Shown: one piece after another, positions 26,723-36,006 of the stretch
How the letters are laid out: each line of letters opens with the position of its first letter
How positions within the stretch are numbered: position 1 is the stretch's first letter
The notes under the pieces: generated by a model
Seen by the model: only the letters and a program-made list of their open reading frames with translations
Database searches by the model: none
Told to the model about the DNA's origin: nothing
Position numbers and translations under genes: made by a program
DNA from: an uncultured bacterium
Lineage (GTDB): Bacteria > Acidobacteriota > HRBIN11 > JAKEFK01
Length of the DNA stretch: 64,000 bases
Reading direction: 5' to 3'
Assembly: GCA_963777505.1 (NCBI GenBank)
Contig: CAVZQN010000004.1
Location: forward strand, 640,001 to 704,000

Positions 26723-28029
26723 GAAGCCGGTAAAGCTTTTCTTGCAATGAAGTAGAGTACAAATCCAACACCAAGCGCACTGATCCCCGCAAACCATTGT
26801 TCCCGAGTCGCAGCGGTTAGCAAAAACAAAGAAATCAGGATTGTAATCACAGGCACTGCTGCTCCACCAGGGATGCGAAATGTATCAGGTGAAGCAATCC
26901 GTTTACGCAACAGGATCAAAGCAACAGCCGATGACACATAGGTAATAAGTCGCGCCATGGCACTGAGTGTCGCAAGATTTACAAATCCGCTGCTCAAAGT
27001 CACAACAATAACAACCAGTGTGAAGAAGAGAATTGATATATATGGCGTACGGAAAACGGGATGAACTTTTGCAAAGACTGTTGGCAATTGTTGTTGAGTT
27101 GACATTGCGAAAATGATCCGCGGTGCAGTCAGCATCGAGCCCATGATATTTCCGGTAACTGAAATGATCGCTCCCAGTGTTAGAAGAATTCCGCCCTTTG
27201 TTCCCATAATTATTTGAGCGACTTCGGCGAGCGGGCGTTTTGAAGAAGCAAGTTGAGGATGAACTGCTCCAGCAACCAGCTGAATCAAAAGGTAAACCAC
27301 AATCGTAATTCCTGTTCCTGTCAAAATCGCTCTGGGTACATCCCGCTTGGCGTCGGTCATTTCACCTGCAGGAACTGTAATTTGTTCAAAACCAGTAAAT
27401 GCAAAAATGCATAACAACAATGCCTTGGAAAGAGGCTCAAGAGAAGGAAAAGTGAATCCTTTGTATGCATCCAGGTTCATCATGGCCAGTCCGGCAATAA
27501 TAAGGATGAGCAGTGGCCCAAGTTTTGTAACCGTAAAAAAATTAATGAGCCTGCTGCTATTTCGAATCCCACGATAATTGATGAAGCCAAGGATGCCCGC
27601 TAGACAAATAATTACAAGCTGACGATACGGAGTAACAAGATCAACAAAGTAGCCGATGAATCCGATTAATGCTGCAGTTAATGCCGCAAAGGATGTCATT
27701 CTTGCGAGGAAATAGACCCAGCCAACAAGGAAAGCAGTAACACCGCCGAAGGCTTCAGACGCATAAAGATAAGCTCCTCCCGTTCGATCGAATCTCCCGC
27801 CTAATTCTGCAAAACACAAAACAATAAAAATCGTGAAAATTCCGGCGCCGATGAATGCAATGAATCCCGCATTTCCTAGAATGCCTGCAATCGTTGCAGG
27901 AAGAGCAAAAATACCTGCTCCAATGATTGAGTTAATCGTAAGTGCGACAATCCCCTTTCTTCCAACCGCCCGAACTAATTTTTGTTCGACATTCTCATTG
28001 CGTGGCTGCTCTGGTTTTGTCGCAGTCAC
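26704..28029 (-). CDS. APC-family amino acid permease
   Basis: IIGAGIF, AELG...TGGAY, FAFTGFE; about 12 TM. Confidence 0.92.
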   Translation of the reverse strand: MTATKPEQPRNENVEQKLVRAVGRKGIVALTINSIIGAGIFALPATIAGILGNAGFIAFIGAGIFTIFIVLCFAELGGRFDRTGGAYLYASEAFGGVTAFLVGWVYFLARMTSFAALTAALIGFIGYFVDLVTPYRQLVIICLAGILGFINYRGIRNSSRLINFFTVTKLGPLLILIIAGLAMMNLDAYKGFTFPSLEPLSKALLLCIFAFTGFEQITVPAGEMTDAKRDVPRAILTGTGITIVVYLLIQLVAGAVHPQLASSKRPLAEVAQIIMGTKGGILLTLGAIISVTGNIMGSMLTAPRIIFAMSTQQQLPTVFAKVHPVFRTPYISILFFTLVVIVVTLSSGFVNLATLSAMARLITYVSSAVALILLRKRIASPDTFRIPGGAAVPVITILISLFLLTAATREQWFAGISALGVGFVLYFIARKALPASQTASR

Positions 28030-28793
28030 AGCTTTGTTTCCGTGAGTGTGTTCATGAAGTGATAAAACGTGAGACTTGCAGCAACACCAACATTCAAAGA
28101 TTCAACTTTTCCCGCCATTGGAATACTGATCTTATAATCCATATTCATCGATTCCGGAAGCCCTGTTGCCTCTCCTCCAAGCACAATCATTGCGGGTTGC
28201 TTTAAAGAAGACTCGAAAAGGTTTGTACCTTCGCGCGGTAAAAGTCCGAATAATGAAATTCCATTTTTGCGTTGATCAGAAAGATATTCTTCAGGATTCG
28301 ATACTTTATGAATGGGAACTCGAAATACACTTCCCATAGAACCACGGATGACTTTGGGCGAATACGGGTCAACACTGTCGCTTGAACAGGCAATGAAGCG
28401 GCAACCGGTTGCTTCGGCGCTCCGAATGATCGTTCCGAAATTTCCAGGATCACGTATGGACCACATAAATGCAGCAAAGCCTTGATCCAACACAATCGGT
28501 TCAAATATTTTTCGTTTTACAACAGCAAGTATTCCTGGGGGAGTTTCAACCGTGGAAATTTCAGTCATCAACGAATCAGGAATCAAAAAAACTTCGAAAT
28601 TGTTAGAATCTTTAACAACGACATCATTCATACCACCTGGAGTCACAAATACTTCTTTTACTTCCAAGCCCGATTCGAGCGCTTCATTGAATAGCCGCTT
28701 TCCTTCGATAATACAGTCAGTTACACTTTTTCCTGCACTAACCCTTTTCGCATTTTTTATCCGTGGATTTACGGAGCTTTGTATATCTTTCAT
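28026..28793 (-). CDS. TrmH/SpoU-family RNA methyltransferase
   Basis: DPGNFGTIIRSA, GGE, IPMAGKVESLNV. Confidence 0.92.
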   Translation of the reverse strand: MKDIQSSVNPRIKNAKRVSAGKSVTDCIIEGKRLFNEALESGLEVKEVFVTPGGMNDVVVKDSNNFEVFLIPDSLMTEISTVETPPGILAVVKRKIFEPIVLDQGFAAFMWSIRDPGNFGTIIRSAEATGCRFIACSSDSVDPYSPKVIRGSMGSVFRVPIHKVSNPEEYLSDQRKNGISLFGLLPREGTNLFESSLKQPAMIVLGGEATGLPESMNMDYKISIPMAGKVESLNVGVAASLTFYHFMNTLTETKL

Positions 28794-28891
28794 AGACTTC
28801 TAAGAGCTTGCACTTCTTTACAATCTTAAAACGAATCATCTATAATTGCTGCACACTTTAGACAAGGTGAGGGCCCTGGGGGTAACTGGGT

Positions 28892-29455
28892 ATGGACGTC
28901 TACAAGGTACTGAAAGTACCTGTTGATGCAAAGCAAATTGAAATCGATAGAGCATATCAAAAATTAATAAAAGAAGCTCAATACGATTCCTCAATTCAAG
29001 TCAGAGAAGTCGAAATAGCCTACCGTATTCTCAGTGATTCGACCCAACGTACAATTTACGATACAAAGAAAGGGCATATTGCAAAACCTGCCTCAGGCAT
29101 TAAAGGAGTTAAAGCTGCCCTAAAGGGAAAAAAAGGAGCAAAGGCCAAGAAATTTTCGTTTGGTGATCAGGCGCACCGGGAAAAAATACTGAAGAAGATT
29201 GCGATTGCTTTATTTGCAATGGGAATCGTCTATTACACTTTTAGATTTGGATACAACCTGAAGAGCTTTGATCCTGGAAACAAGATTTATTTTAAGGATA
29301 ACGATCAGTTGTTTGGCGTTCTTGTTTCAGCGGAAGACAACCATAAGTTTACTTCAGGGATTGCAGACGCCTATAAAGTTCGTCTTCCTTCAGAAGAGAT
29401 GGTCTGGTTTCCTGAATCAGATGTAAAAGTGCTCTGTTACGGTAAAAAAGAGTAG
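28892..29455 (+). CDS. J-like-domain membrane protein
   Basis: DVYKVLKV...IDRAYQKL...AYRILSD..R..YD; no HPD; one TM. Confidence 0.65.
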   Translation: MDVYKVLKVPVDAKQIEIDRAYQKLIKEAQYDSSIQVREVEIAYRILSDSTQRTIYDTKKGHIAKPASGIKGVKAALKGKKGAKAKKFSFGDQAHREKILKKIAIALFAMGIVYYTFRFGYNLKSFDPGNKIYFKDNDQLFGVLVSAEDNHKFTSGIADAYKVRLPSEEMVWFPESDVKVLCYGKKE

Positions 29456-29457
29456 GA

Positions 29458-29605
29458 AGAATTTTAGATTTCAGATCGCAGATTTCAGATTGAAATTGTT
29501 GATTAAAGATTTAAGATTGAAAGTACTCCCAATCCTACAGGTTGTTTCCAACAATTTTTCAATCAGAAATTACAATCTGAAATCTGAAATCTAAGATCTG
29601 AAATC
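29458..29605. repeat. Inverted heptanucleotide tandem repeat arrays (AGATTTC)n / (GAAATCT)n
   Basis: Degenerate heptamers at about 29458-29520 and the reverse complement at about 29560-29605, between convergent genes. Confidence 0.75.
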
Positions 29606-30001
29606 TTATTGTGGGTCGATGTCTGGTTCTTTTGGTAGTTGAACGGGACGATTTTCTCGAATCCATTTAGAAATTCCGCCTTCGAGCGAATAGACTTCCG
29701 TATATCCCATTTCTTGAAGACTTCTTGCTGCAAGTGCTGAACGGTTCCCACCACCGCAATATAAACAAATTGGTTGTGATCGATCCGGTACTGTAGATTC
29801 AATTCTGAGTTCGAGAAAACCACGGGGTAAAAATAAAGTGCCTGGCAGATGGCCGGTTGTCAATTCCTGATCTTCGCGTATATCAATAACAGTCACGTTG
29901 CCCGAATCTATTCTTTTACGGAGATCGTCGGATGACATTTCACGAATCGCTTTCTTAACCGATTCGATTAACTGTTGCCAGGTTAGAGCTGATGTTTTCA
30001 T
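29606..30001 (-). CDS. Rhodanese-domain protein
   Basis: IDIRE, GHLPG, active-site YCGGGNRS, LEGG. Confidence 0.9.
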   Translation of the reverse strand: MKTSALTWQQLIESVKKAIREMSSDDLRKRIDSGNVTVIDIREDQELTTGHLPGTLFLPRGFLELRIESTVPDRSQPICLYCGGGNRSALAARSLQEMGYTEVYSLEGGISKWIRENRPVQLPKEPDIDPQ

Positions 30002-30016
30002 TCGTAATCCTGGGAA

Positions 30017-30922
30017 TCAGATCGTTTTTTCGTAAATTTCAAGGACAGCAGGGGAGAGATATGTCTTATTTCTTGGTTGATACTTTGGGTTCAACCTCTT
30101 AACTTTCCTGAACATAAAAGAAGCTTGGTCCAGAAACCCTTTGTTATGCGATCCTGTAAGAAGATATTTCGACGCATAAGAACAGCCGAGTAAAAAGTCT
30201 GCAGGTGGATCTGTATGCGAGAGTTTTTGAACTTCAAGCAGGTACAGAATTGCAGAATCATAATCGCCTTCAAAATACTTTCGAGCCCCATTCCGTAGCA
30301 TTTTCGCCCGCATATCAGTGTTTGGATCCAGGGCTGGAGTCTCGATCTCCGGGGCAGGTTTTTTTGTTTCAGGCACAACCGATACGATCTTTTCTTCAGG
30401 TTTTGTTTCGGGAGTCGGGTTAACTTTCAATTCCTCAGCAGGAGGCTTTTCCTGAGGCTTTACTTGCGCGATCTCCACCGGCTTCTTTTCTTCTTCTATT
30501 GGTTTTTTCTCTTCTTCCTGAGGAACGACAACAGGAACATTTATAGTAGGTTTCTGGTTTTCGGCGATTTGAGGATTCTGATTGATTGCAAGTTTCGCCT
30601 TGGCAAGCGTTTTAGTCGTATTTAATCGTTGAAACAAACTCTGTTTCCTTGAAATCGCTCCTTGTTTCTCCGATATTTCAAGTTCTTTGACGGCTGCCTC
30701 AAAATTTCCCAGACTGTTATATGCAAGGCCGAGATAGAAGTGCGGGAAATAATCTCCAAATTTCATTCCATAAAACTTGATATTCGCGCCTTCTTCATTT
30801 TTTTGACGAACGGCAGCCTGGAGTTTTGGAATCGCGCCGCTAAAATTGCCGCTGTCGAGCATCTCGATTGCGGATTCATAATCTTTATGCCATTCGGCAT
30901 AGAGTGGAGAGGCAACCAGCAC
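30017..30922 (-). CDS. Exported TPR protein with Pro/Glu/Lys-rich linker (start uncertain)
   Basis: TPR-like YLGLAY, LLGCSY; signal cleavage-like PLYA; frame open upstream to 30994. Confidence 0.7.
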   Translation of the reverse strand: MLVASPLYAEWHKDYESAIEMLDSGNFSGAIPKLQAAVRQKNEEGANIKFYGMKFGDYFPHFYLGLAYNSLGNFEAAVKELEISEKQGAISRKQSLFQRLNTTKTLAKAKLAINQNPQIAENQKPTINVPVVVPQEEEKKPIEEEKKPVEIAQVKPQEKPPAEELKVNPTPETKPEEKIVSVVPETKKPAPEIETPALDPNTDMRAKMLRNGARKYFEGDYDSAILYLLEVQKLSHTDPPADFLLGCSYASKYLLTGSHNKGFLDQASFMFRKVKRLNPKYQPRNKTYLSPAVLEIYEKTI

Positions 30923-30960
30923 GAATAGTACTACTAACCATAGTACTACGAATAAAACGC

Positions 30961-32568
30961 TTACAATCCAAGTGAGTCGACAGCCCTTGCATAATCAAAA
31001 CCTTCTAGTTTTTCATTGATAATGATGGTTTCATTTCCACGAACTTCAACTACAAGTGTATTTTTTCCAAAGCGCGGATTTTCTATAAGGATCGTATATT
31101 TTCCGGGCGGCAATTCAATCTGACATGGTGTCATGCTGAAGGAGTTTGGTACTTTCGTGCCTTTAGCATCGCGAATTTCGCGGATCTCAGCCCAGGGTTG
31201 AACATTCACCGCAACGCGTCCATTTACAGATTCCGGTATGACGGGAACAGTCTTATCGATTGGTGGACGATCTGGTTGAGTAATAACATCCGGCTTTTCT
31301 GTCTTAAAAATGCTGGACCACACAATCGCAACAAGAAGAGCAATTCCTAGAAAACCTGAGGAGGCAACAATCCACCAGATTTTTGCCGGAGATGGAACAG
31401 GTGTCGGTGATATTGGAGGCAGATCTGGAACAACAGCATCGCTGATCACCGTTGCCGGCTGTTGATACATCGGTGAAGTTTGATTAAGGCTTGTTGGCGG
31501 AGCCTGGTTCGTGATCACTGTTCCTGGCGCGGGTTGAGGACCTGTTCCAAGACGAGCCTGTGAGGGAAGCGTAAACGCGTGTTTAGTTCTTGGTATTGGA
31601 GTCATTGAAACGGGAGTGCGTGACACTGTATATGGCGTGTGCGAGCCAGTCCGTTTCATCGTTGGAATTGGTGTACCCGCTGGATAATTCGCAGAACCCA
31701 GTTCACCAGCAGGAATTTCTTCAGCAGCATCGCCATACTGTTGTTGAACATGTGCGTAGACGTATCTCAAATCTTCGGCCATTTCTTCGCAGGTTTGATA
31801 ACGTCCATCAGGCTTTTTCGCCATTGCGCGAGATACAATTGCTTCCAGTCCTTCGGGCGGAGAAAATTGCGCATCAACAAGGGGTTCCGGATCTTCATGA
31901 ATGATTTTAAAAAGAACTGAGGTGGGGTTATCTCCCGCAAATGGTTTTCTGTAGACAAGCAATTCGTATAAAACCACTGCGAGTGAAAAGATGTCCGCTC
32001 GGCCATCTACTTTCTCACCACGGATCTGTTCCGGCGCCATGTAATGAGGCGTACCCATAATCATGCCAGTGCGCGTAAATTGCGAAGCTGTCATTTTCGC
32101 AATTCCGAAATCCATGATTTTTGCTTCGCCGTTATCGAGCAGCCGGATATTTGCCGTTTTTATGTCGCGATGAACAATTCCGTTTGCGTGAGCATAACCA
32201 AGCCCCTGGCAAGTTTGAATGATGATATCGAGTTTCCTTAGTAGCGGCAGTTCAATTTTGCCCTTGATGATATGTTCTAGATCGGTACCCGTAAGGAATT
32301 CCATCGCGATGTATGGGGTGCCGGTTTCATCTTCACCAAGATCATAGATGGTTACGACGTTGGGATGTCGAAGGCCGCCTGCAGATTGAGCTTCGCGCAT
32401 AAAACGGTTGCGCAGCTCATCATCATCGGAGACGTCTTTCAACATGGTTTTGATTGCAACGTCTCGCTTCAGGATCGGATCATGAGCGCGATAAACATAG
32501 CCCATGCCACCGCGGCCAATCCGTTCGATGACCGTATACTTTCCGATTTTTTGTGGGTTGCTCATCAA
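30961..32568 (-). CDS. Hanks-type Ser/Thr protein kinase with TM and PEGA-like C-terminus
   Basis: GRGGMG, VAIK, HRDIK, DFG, GTPHYMAPE. Confidence 0.95.
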   Translation of the reverse strand: MMSNPQKIGKYTVIERIGRGGMGYVYRAHDPILKRDVAIKTMLKDVSDDDELRNRFMREAQSAGGLRHPNVVTIYDLGEDETGTPYIAMEFLTGTDLEHIIKGKIELPLLRKLDIIIQTCQGLGYAHANGIVHRDIKTANIRLLDNGEAKIMDFGIAKMTASQFTRTGMIMGTPHYMAPEQIRGEKVDGRADIFSLAVVLYELLVYRKPFAGDNPTSVLFKIIHEDPEPLVDAQFSPPEGLEAIVSRAMAKKPDGRYQTCEEMAEDLRYVYAHVQQQYGDAAEEIPAGELGSANYPAGTPIPTMKRTGSHTPYTVSRTPVSMTPIPRTKHAFTLPSQARLGTGPQPAPGTVITNQAPPTSLNQTSPMYQQPATVISDAVVPDLPPISPTPVPSPAKIWWIVASSGFLGIALLVAIVWSSIFKTEKPDVITQPDRPPIDKTVPVIPESVNGRVAVNVQPWAEIREIRDAKGTKVPNSFSMTPCQIELPPGKYTILIENPRFGKNTLVVEVRGNETIIINEKLEGFDYARAVDSLGL

Positions 32569-32626
32569 GTTCTCACGTTTTAAATCTAACTACGCGCGCT
32601 TTTCCTAGCAATATTACGCTACAGGA

Positions 32627-33412
32627 TTATGCAGCCGTGGAGGTGTTATCTAAGCTGTACTTGACAAGAATTGCAGTAACGTTATCCTCCCCTCCATTCT
32701 GGTTCGCTGTATCGATGAGTTCCTGGCAGGCTTTATCGAGGCTATCTTGATTGCGTGCGACGATATCAAGAATGTTCTCGTCGGAGATCATTGTGTTCAG
32801 CCCATCTGAGCAAAGCAAGATGATGTCTCCATCTTGCATGCTTTCTTCCATGACATCGACGTCTACAGGATTGGGGCCGCCAAGCGCTCGCGTAACAATA
32901 TTTCTATATGGATGATTGCGTGCTTGCTGCGAAGAGATTGCCCCGGTACGGAGTTGTTCATTGACCCACGAATGATCACTCGTTAATTGGATCAATTTTC
33001 CTGCGCGAACTAAATATGCGCGGCTATCTCCAACATGGGCTACTTGAGCTTTGCCATTTTCAACAAGAATTGAAACGACCGTTGTAGCCATTCCTTGAAA
33101 TTCTTTTTTCTGGCTCGTAACTTCAAGCACTCTTGCGTGAGCTGTTTGAATTGCAGATTTCAGACGGTTTCCTGCCATCGATAATGTTTCATCAAACTCA
33201 TATGGCCAGGTGATATCTTTATCGTTACCGGTAGTTTTAATAAAGTCATGAATCGATTCTACGGCGATTTTTGATGCAACTTCACCTGCAGCATGACCGC
33301 CCATTCCGTCTGCAACAACAAAAAGATTCAGCTCGCCATCGGCTTGATAGCTATCTTCGTTGGCGCTTCGTTTGCGCCCAACATCAGAAATAGCGGTATA
33401 GCTGATACTCAT
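32627..33412 (-). CDS. PP2C-type Ser/Thr phosphatase (Stp1/PrpC)
   Basis: NED, VADGMGGH, HVGDSR, CSDGL, GGEDN. Confidence 0.95.
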   Translation of the reverse strand: MSISYTAISDVGRKRSANEDSYQADGELNLFVVADGMGGHAAGEVASKIAVESIHDFIKTTGNDKDITWPYEFDETLSMAGNRLKSAIQTAHARVLEVTSQKKEFQGMATTVVSILVENGKAQVAHVGDSRAYLVRAGKLIQLTSDHSWVNEQLRTGAISSQQARNHPYRNIVTRALGGPNPVDVDVMEESMQDGDIILLCSDGLNTMISDENILDIVARNQDSLDKACQELIDTANQNGGEDNVTAILVKYSLDNTSTAA

Positions 33413-33421
33413 GTTCCCCCG

Positions 33422-34561
33422 TTAGAAGCGATCCTTGCTGATTTCTCGCTGATTTCGAATTTTCTTTGCCTGTCGCCGGATGATTTCAGGGATATTCCGA
33501 TCATGTTCCACATTTCTAAGGTCCATGTCCCGTAATAATTTTAATAGATTTAATGCCGAAGGACTAGGCACCTTAGGATTTTTTACAAGTGTGATTACAA
33601 CATTGTATCTTTTGATAAATGCACGACTTGTGGCCATTGTCCGTAAAATTTCGGAATCCAGATTGCGCATTGATGCAAAATTGTCCATTTCCGAATCAGT
33701 TAATTTGGGATTGCGGATGACAAGTGCCGCGATCTGACGGCTCGCGTCCCGTATCAAAAGCGTTCGTTCTTCTTTGTTTCCGAGAAGAGCAGTGCGTACT
33801 TTCTCGGGATGGGCCATACGCATTACCCGTTGATAGGTGGTCAGAGTTTCTGGCGAAATCTTCTCAAGTTCATCAGTAGAAAAGATCGTTTCGAGTTGTG
33901 ATTGTACTTGTTCTTCGGTTGGTGGCGGTGGAGCATTCGTTATGATTTCTTCAATTAGTTTCTGCGCTGCAAAATCAAGGTCCGGAATTTGCGCAAGGAG
34001 GTCATCCAGTATCGCAAGAGGAATTTCTGCTTCTTTTATTTCCTCTTCTTCAACTACCGCTCCAACCTGCTTTTTGTAAATGAATTCTGTTTTGAATTCT
34101 TCAATTCGGCGTTTTTGATCGAATGTTAAATATGGATTCGTTTCGAGACTGGCAAGTATCTCAGAGTCACGTAAGAGACGAACCTGATTATTTAAAATGA
34201 TGTCTAGAAGGGGTCCTGATTCCGTGCGTGCCATCGACCGGAAAATTTCATCTCCAACCGAATGATTCAGAAGGATCCGTTCTTTTACAGGATGAGTGGT
34301 AGACCGAACACAATATTCAATCAGCGCATGGTCAGGATCTTTCTTTTCTACAAGGCGAAACCAGGTTTCTTGGGAAATTTTCTGCAAGCTTGTTTTTGCA
34401 AGGTTTGCGATCGGTTCATCGGTATCACTGCTAAGTTGCACTTGTAAAGGAACAAGCTCTTCTTCCGCGAGCGGAAGCATTCCTTGTGCCGCAAATTCTT
34501 TAATATTGCGCGGCGCCGAGCCTGAACGCAGCTGTTCTACAAGTGAAGATGCCGGGTTCAT
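33422..34561 (-). CDS. Conserved alpha-helical repeat hypothetical protein
   Basis: ALLGNKEERTLLIRD, NPKLT, YNVVITLVKNPKVP repeat module shared with 35178-35921. Confidence 0.75.
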   Translation of the reverse strand: MNPASSLVEQLRSGSAPRNIKEFAAQGMLPLAEEELVPLQVQLSSDTDEPIANLAKTSLQKISQETWFRLVEKKDPDHALIEYCVRSTTHPVKERILLNHSVGDEIFRSMARTESGPLLDIILNNQVRLLRDSEILASLETNPYLTFDQKRRIEEFKTEFIYKKQVGAVVEEEEIKEAEIPLAILDDLLAQIPDLDFAAQKLIEEIITNAPPPPTEEQVQSQLETIFSTDELEKISPETLTTYQRVMRMAHPEKVRTALLGNKEERTLLIRDASRQIAALVIRNPKLTDSEMDNFASMRNLDSEILRTMATSRAFIKRYNVVITLVKNPKVPSPSALNLLKLLRDMDLRNVEHDRNIPEIIRRQAKKIRNQREISKDRF

Positions 34562-34566
34562 AGAGT

Positions 34567-35052
34567 TTAGACCTGGATCGAAGTACGCTCGTCCCGATCA
34601 ATCATCGTGTCATACAATGAGGATGTCCTATTTTCAGATGTTGTTCGTGGAAAAAAACGATGGCGATTAAAATAAAAATATGTTCCCACAAGGATTAACA
34701 ATACTAGAATCAGCACGATTTGCAGCATTTTGCCGCTCTTCTTCTCCTGAATATGCTGTGGAGCGAGAGTCGCTCCAACCCCCGGAATACTTTCCACGGG
34801 TGGAGCATGTTCATTAGAGCCATCAAATTGTTGATTATATTTTCGGACTACATTCTCCGAATCAATCCCTATAAAATCAGCATAAGCACGTAAAAAATTG
34901 CGGTTAAAAATCCCGCCTGGCAGGGCTCTAAAGTTATTCCTTTCGATCGCTTCTAGAATCCGCATACTGATTTTAGTAGCTTCCGAAATTTCACGAAGCG
35001 AAATATCTCGAAGTTCTCGCTCCCGTTTCAGCTCTTCTCCCAAAGAAACCAT
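34567..35052 (-). CDS. RodZ-like HTH protein with one TM, no periplasmic domain
   Basis: LGEELKRERE..ISL, LEAIE...LPG..F.RNFLRAYA. Confidence 0.8.
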   Translation of the reverse strand: MVSLGEELKRERELRDISLREISEATKISMRILEAIERNNFRALPGGIFNRNFLRAYADFIGIDSENVVRKYNQQFDGSNEHAPPVESIPGVGATLAPQHIQEKKSGKMLQIVLILVLLILVGTYFYFNRHRFFPRTTSENRTSSLYDTMIDRDERTSIQV

Positions 35053-35114
35053 GATGCTTGTTTGAAGATACCTTGCTTAACCGTAAAAGGCTGAGCCCGC
35101 TCAATTTTTCATTT

Positions 35115-35143
35115 ATTCTAGACGGCATCTCCTCGAGTGTCAA
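35115..35143 (-). promoter_or_regulatory. Consensus sigma70 promoter
   Basis: Minus strand TTGACA, 17 bp spacer, TAGAAT upstream of the RodZ-like gene. Confidence 0.75.
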
Positions 35144-35177
35144 TGAAATAGGATTAACCGCAAGAGCTAAGAGTATA

Positions 35178-35921
35178 TCAATATTCCCCTGAGAGGATTC
35201 GGCTTGCTGCACGCCGGATAAGTTCAGGTGTATGAGGATGGCGTATCAGTGGTTCGAGATCTTGCTTCTTGAGTTTGGAAACGATGGACAAGGCAACATG
35301 AAGAGGTGTTCTTGCATTTCGGACAAGGGCGAGGCGAACCGGATATCGTACCGACCATTTATAATCTCGTCCGATCGAAGCAAGCACAGAACGGGCAGTC
35401 ATTTCATCATTGACCATCAATACAACATCATCTTCAACAAGTTGTGGATTTCGCAAAAGTTCAGCAATAATCTTTAGATCTTTTTCACCGCGAAGATGGC
35501 CGATCAATGGACGCGGACATGTGCGAGCCAGCGACATTTTTTCGCCAAGGGACATTTCAGTCAACCGCACCTTCAGGTAATTTTCGGCTGTTCTTCGAAG
35601 CCGCGGATTTAACTTCAGATTGCCGATAGTTTTTAAAAGATCGTGCCAGAACAAAAGTTGAATCATTCGTATCGCAATTGCAAAGGGTGCCTTTGGACAA
35701 TTCGCGATTGCTGACTGAACACGATAGCTTGAAATCCAATCATTCCGTTCGCAAATCAGTTCCACAACATCCTGAGTGATTCGCGCATTACGAAGCAGGA
35801 TTAACAAATGCTCTTCTTGAATCACTGGATTCGATAGACTGAGGCGCAAATTTTTTGGATTTGATCCTGAAACTACTGTATATAACTCCAATGCGGTACA
35901 GGTGAGCGGCGAAACAGTCAT
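35178..35921 (-). CDS. Alpha-helical repeat hypothetical protein (paralogous module to 33422-34561)
   Basis: Two copies of W..xYxV..A...N...P...A......L...DL. Confidence 0.72.
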   Translation of the reverse strand: MTVSPLTCTALELYTVVSGSNPKNLRLSLSNPVIQEEHLLILLRNARITQDVVELICERNDWISSYRVQSAIANCPKAPFAIAIRMIQLLFWHDLLKTIGNLKLNPRLRRTAENYLKVRLTEMSLGEKMSLARTCPRPLIGHLRGEKDLKIIAELLRNPQLVEDDVVLMVNDEMTARSVLASIGRDYKWSVRYPVRLALVRNARTPLHVALSIVSKLKKQDLEPLIRHPHTPELIRRAASRILSGEY

Positions 35922-35935
35922 TAATCTTTAGCTCG

Positions 35936-35993
35936 GGAGGGCAGGCGTCTCTGCCTGCCAGGATGTAACGGCGAGCAGAGACGCTCGCCCTCC
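35936..35993. repeat. GGAG-type REP-like inverted pair
   Basis: GGAGGGCAGGCGTCTCTGCCTGCC ... GGCGAGCAGAGACGCTCGCCCTCC. Confidence 0.7.
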
Positions 35994-36006
35994 AGAGACC
36001 ATGAAT

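Noticed and set aside
29458-29605. Possible CRISPR array
   Set aside because: 7-bp degenerate tandem units with no spacers and no cas genes.
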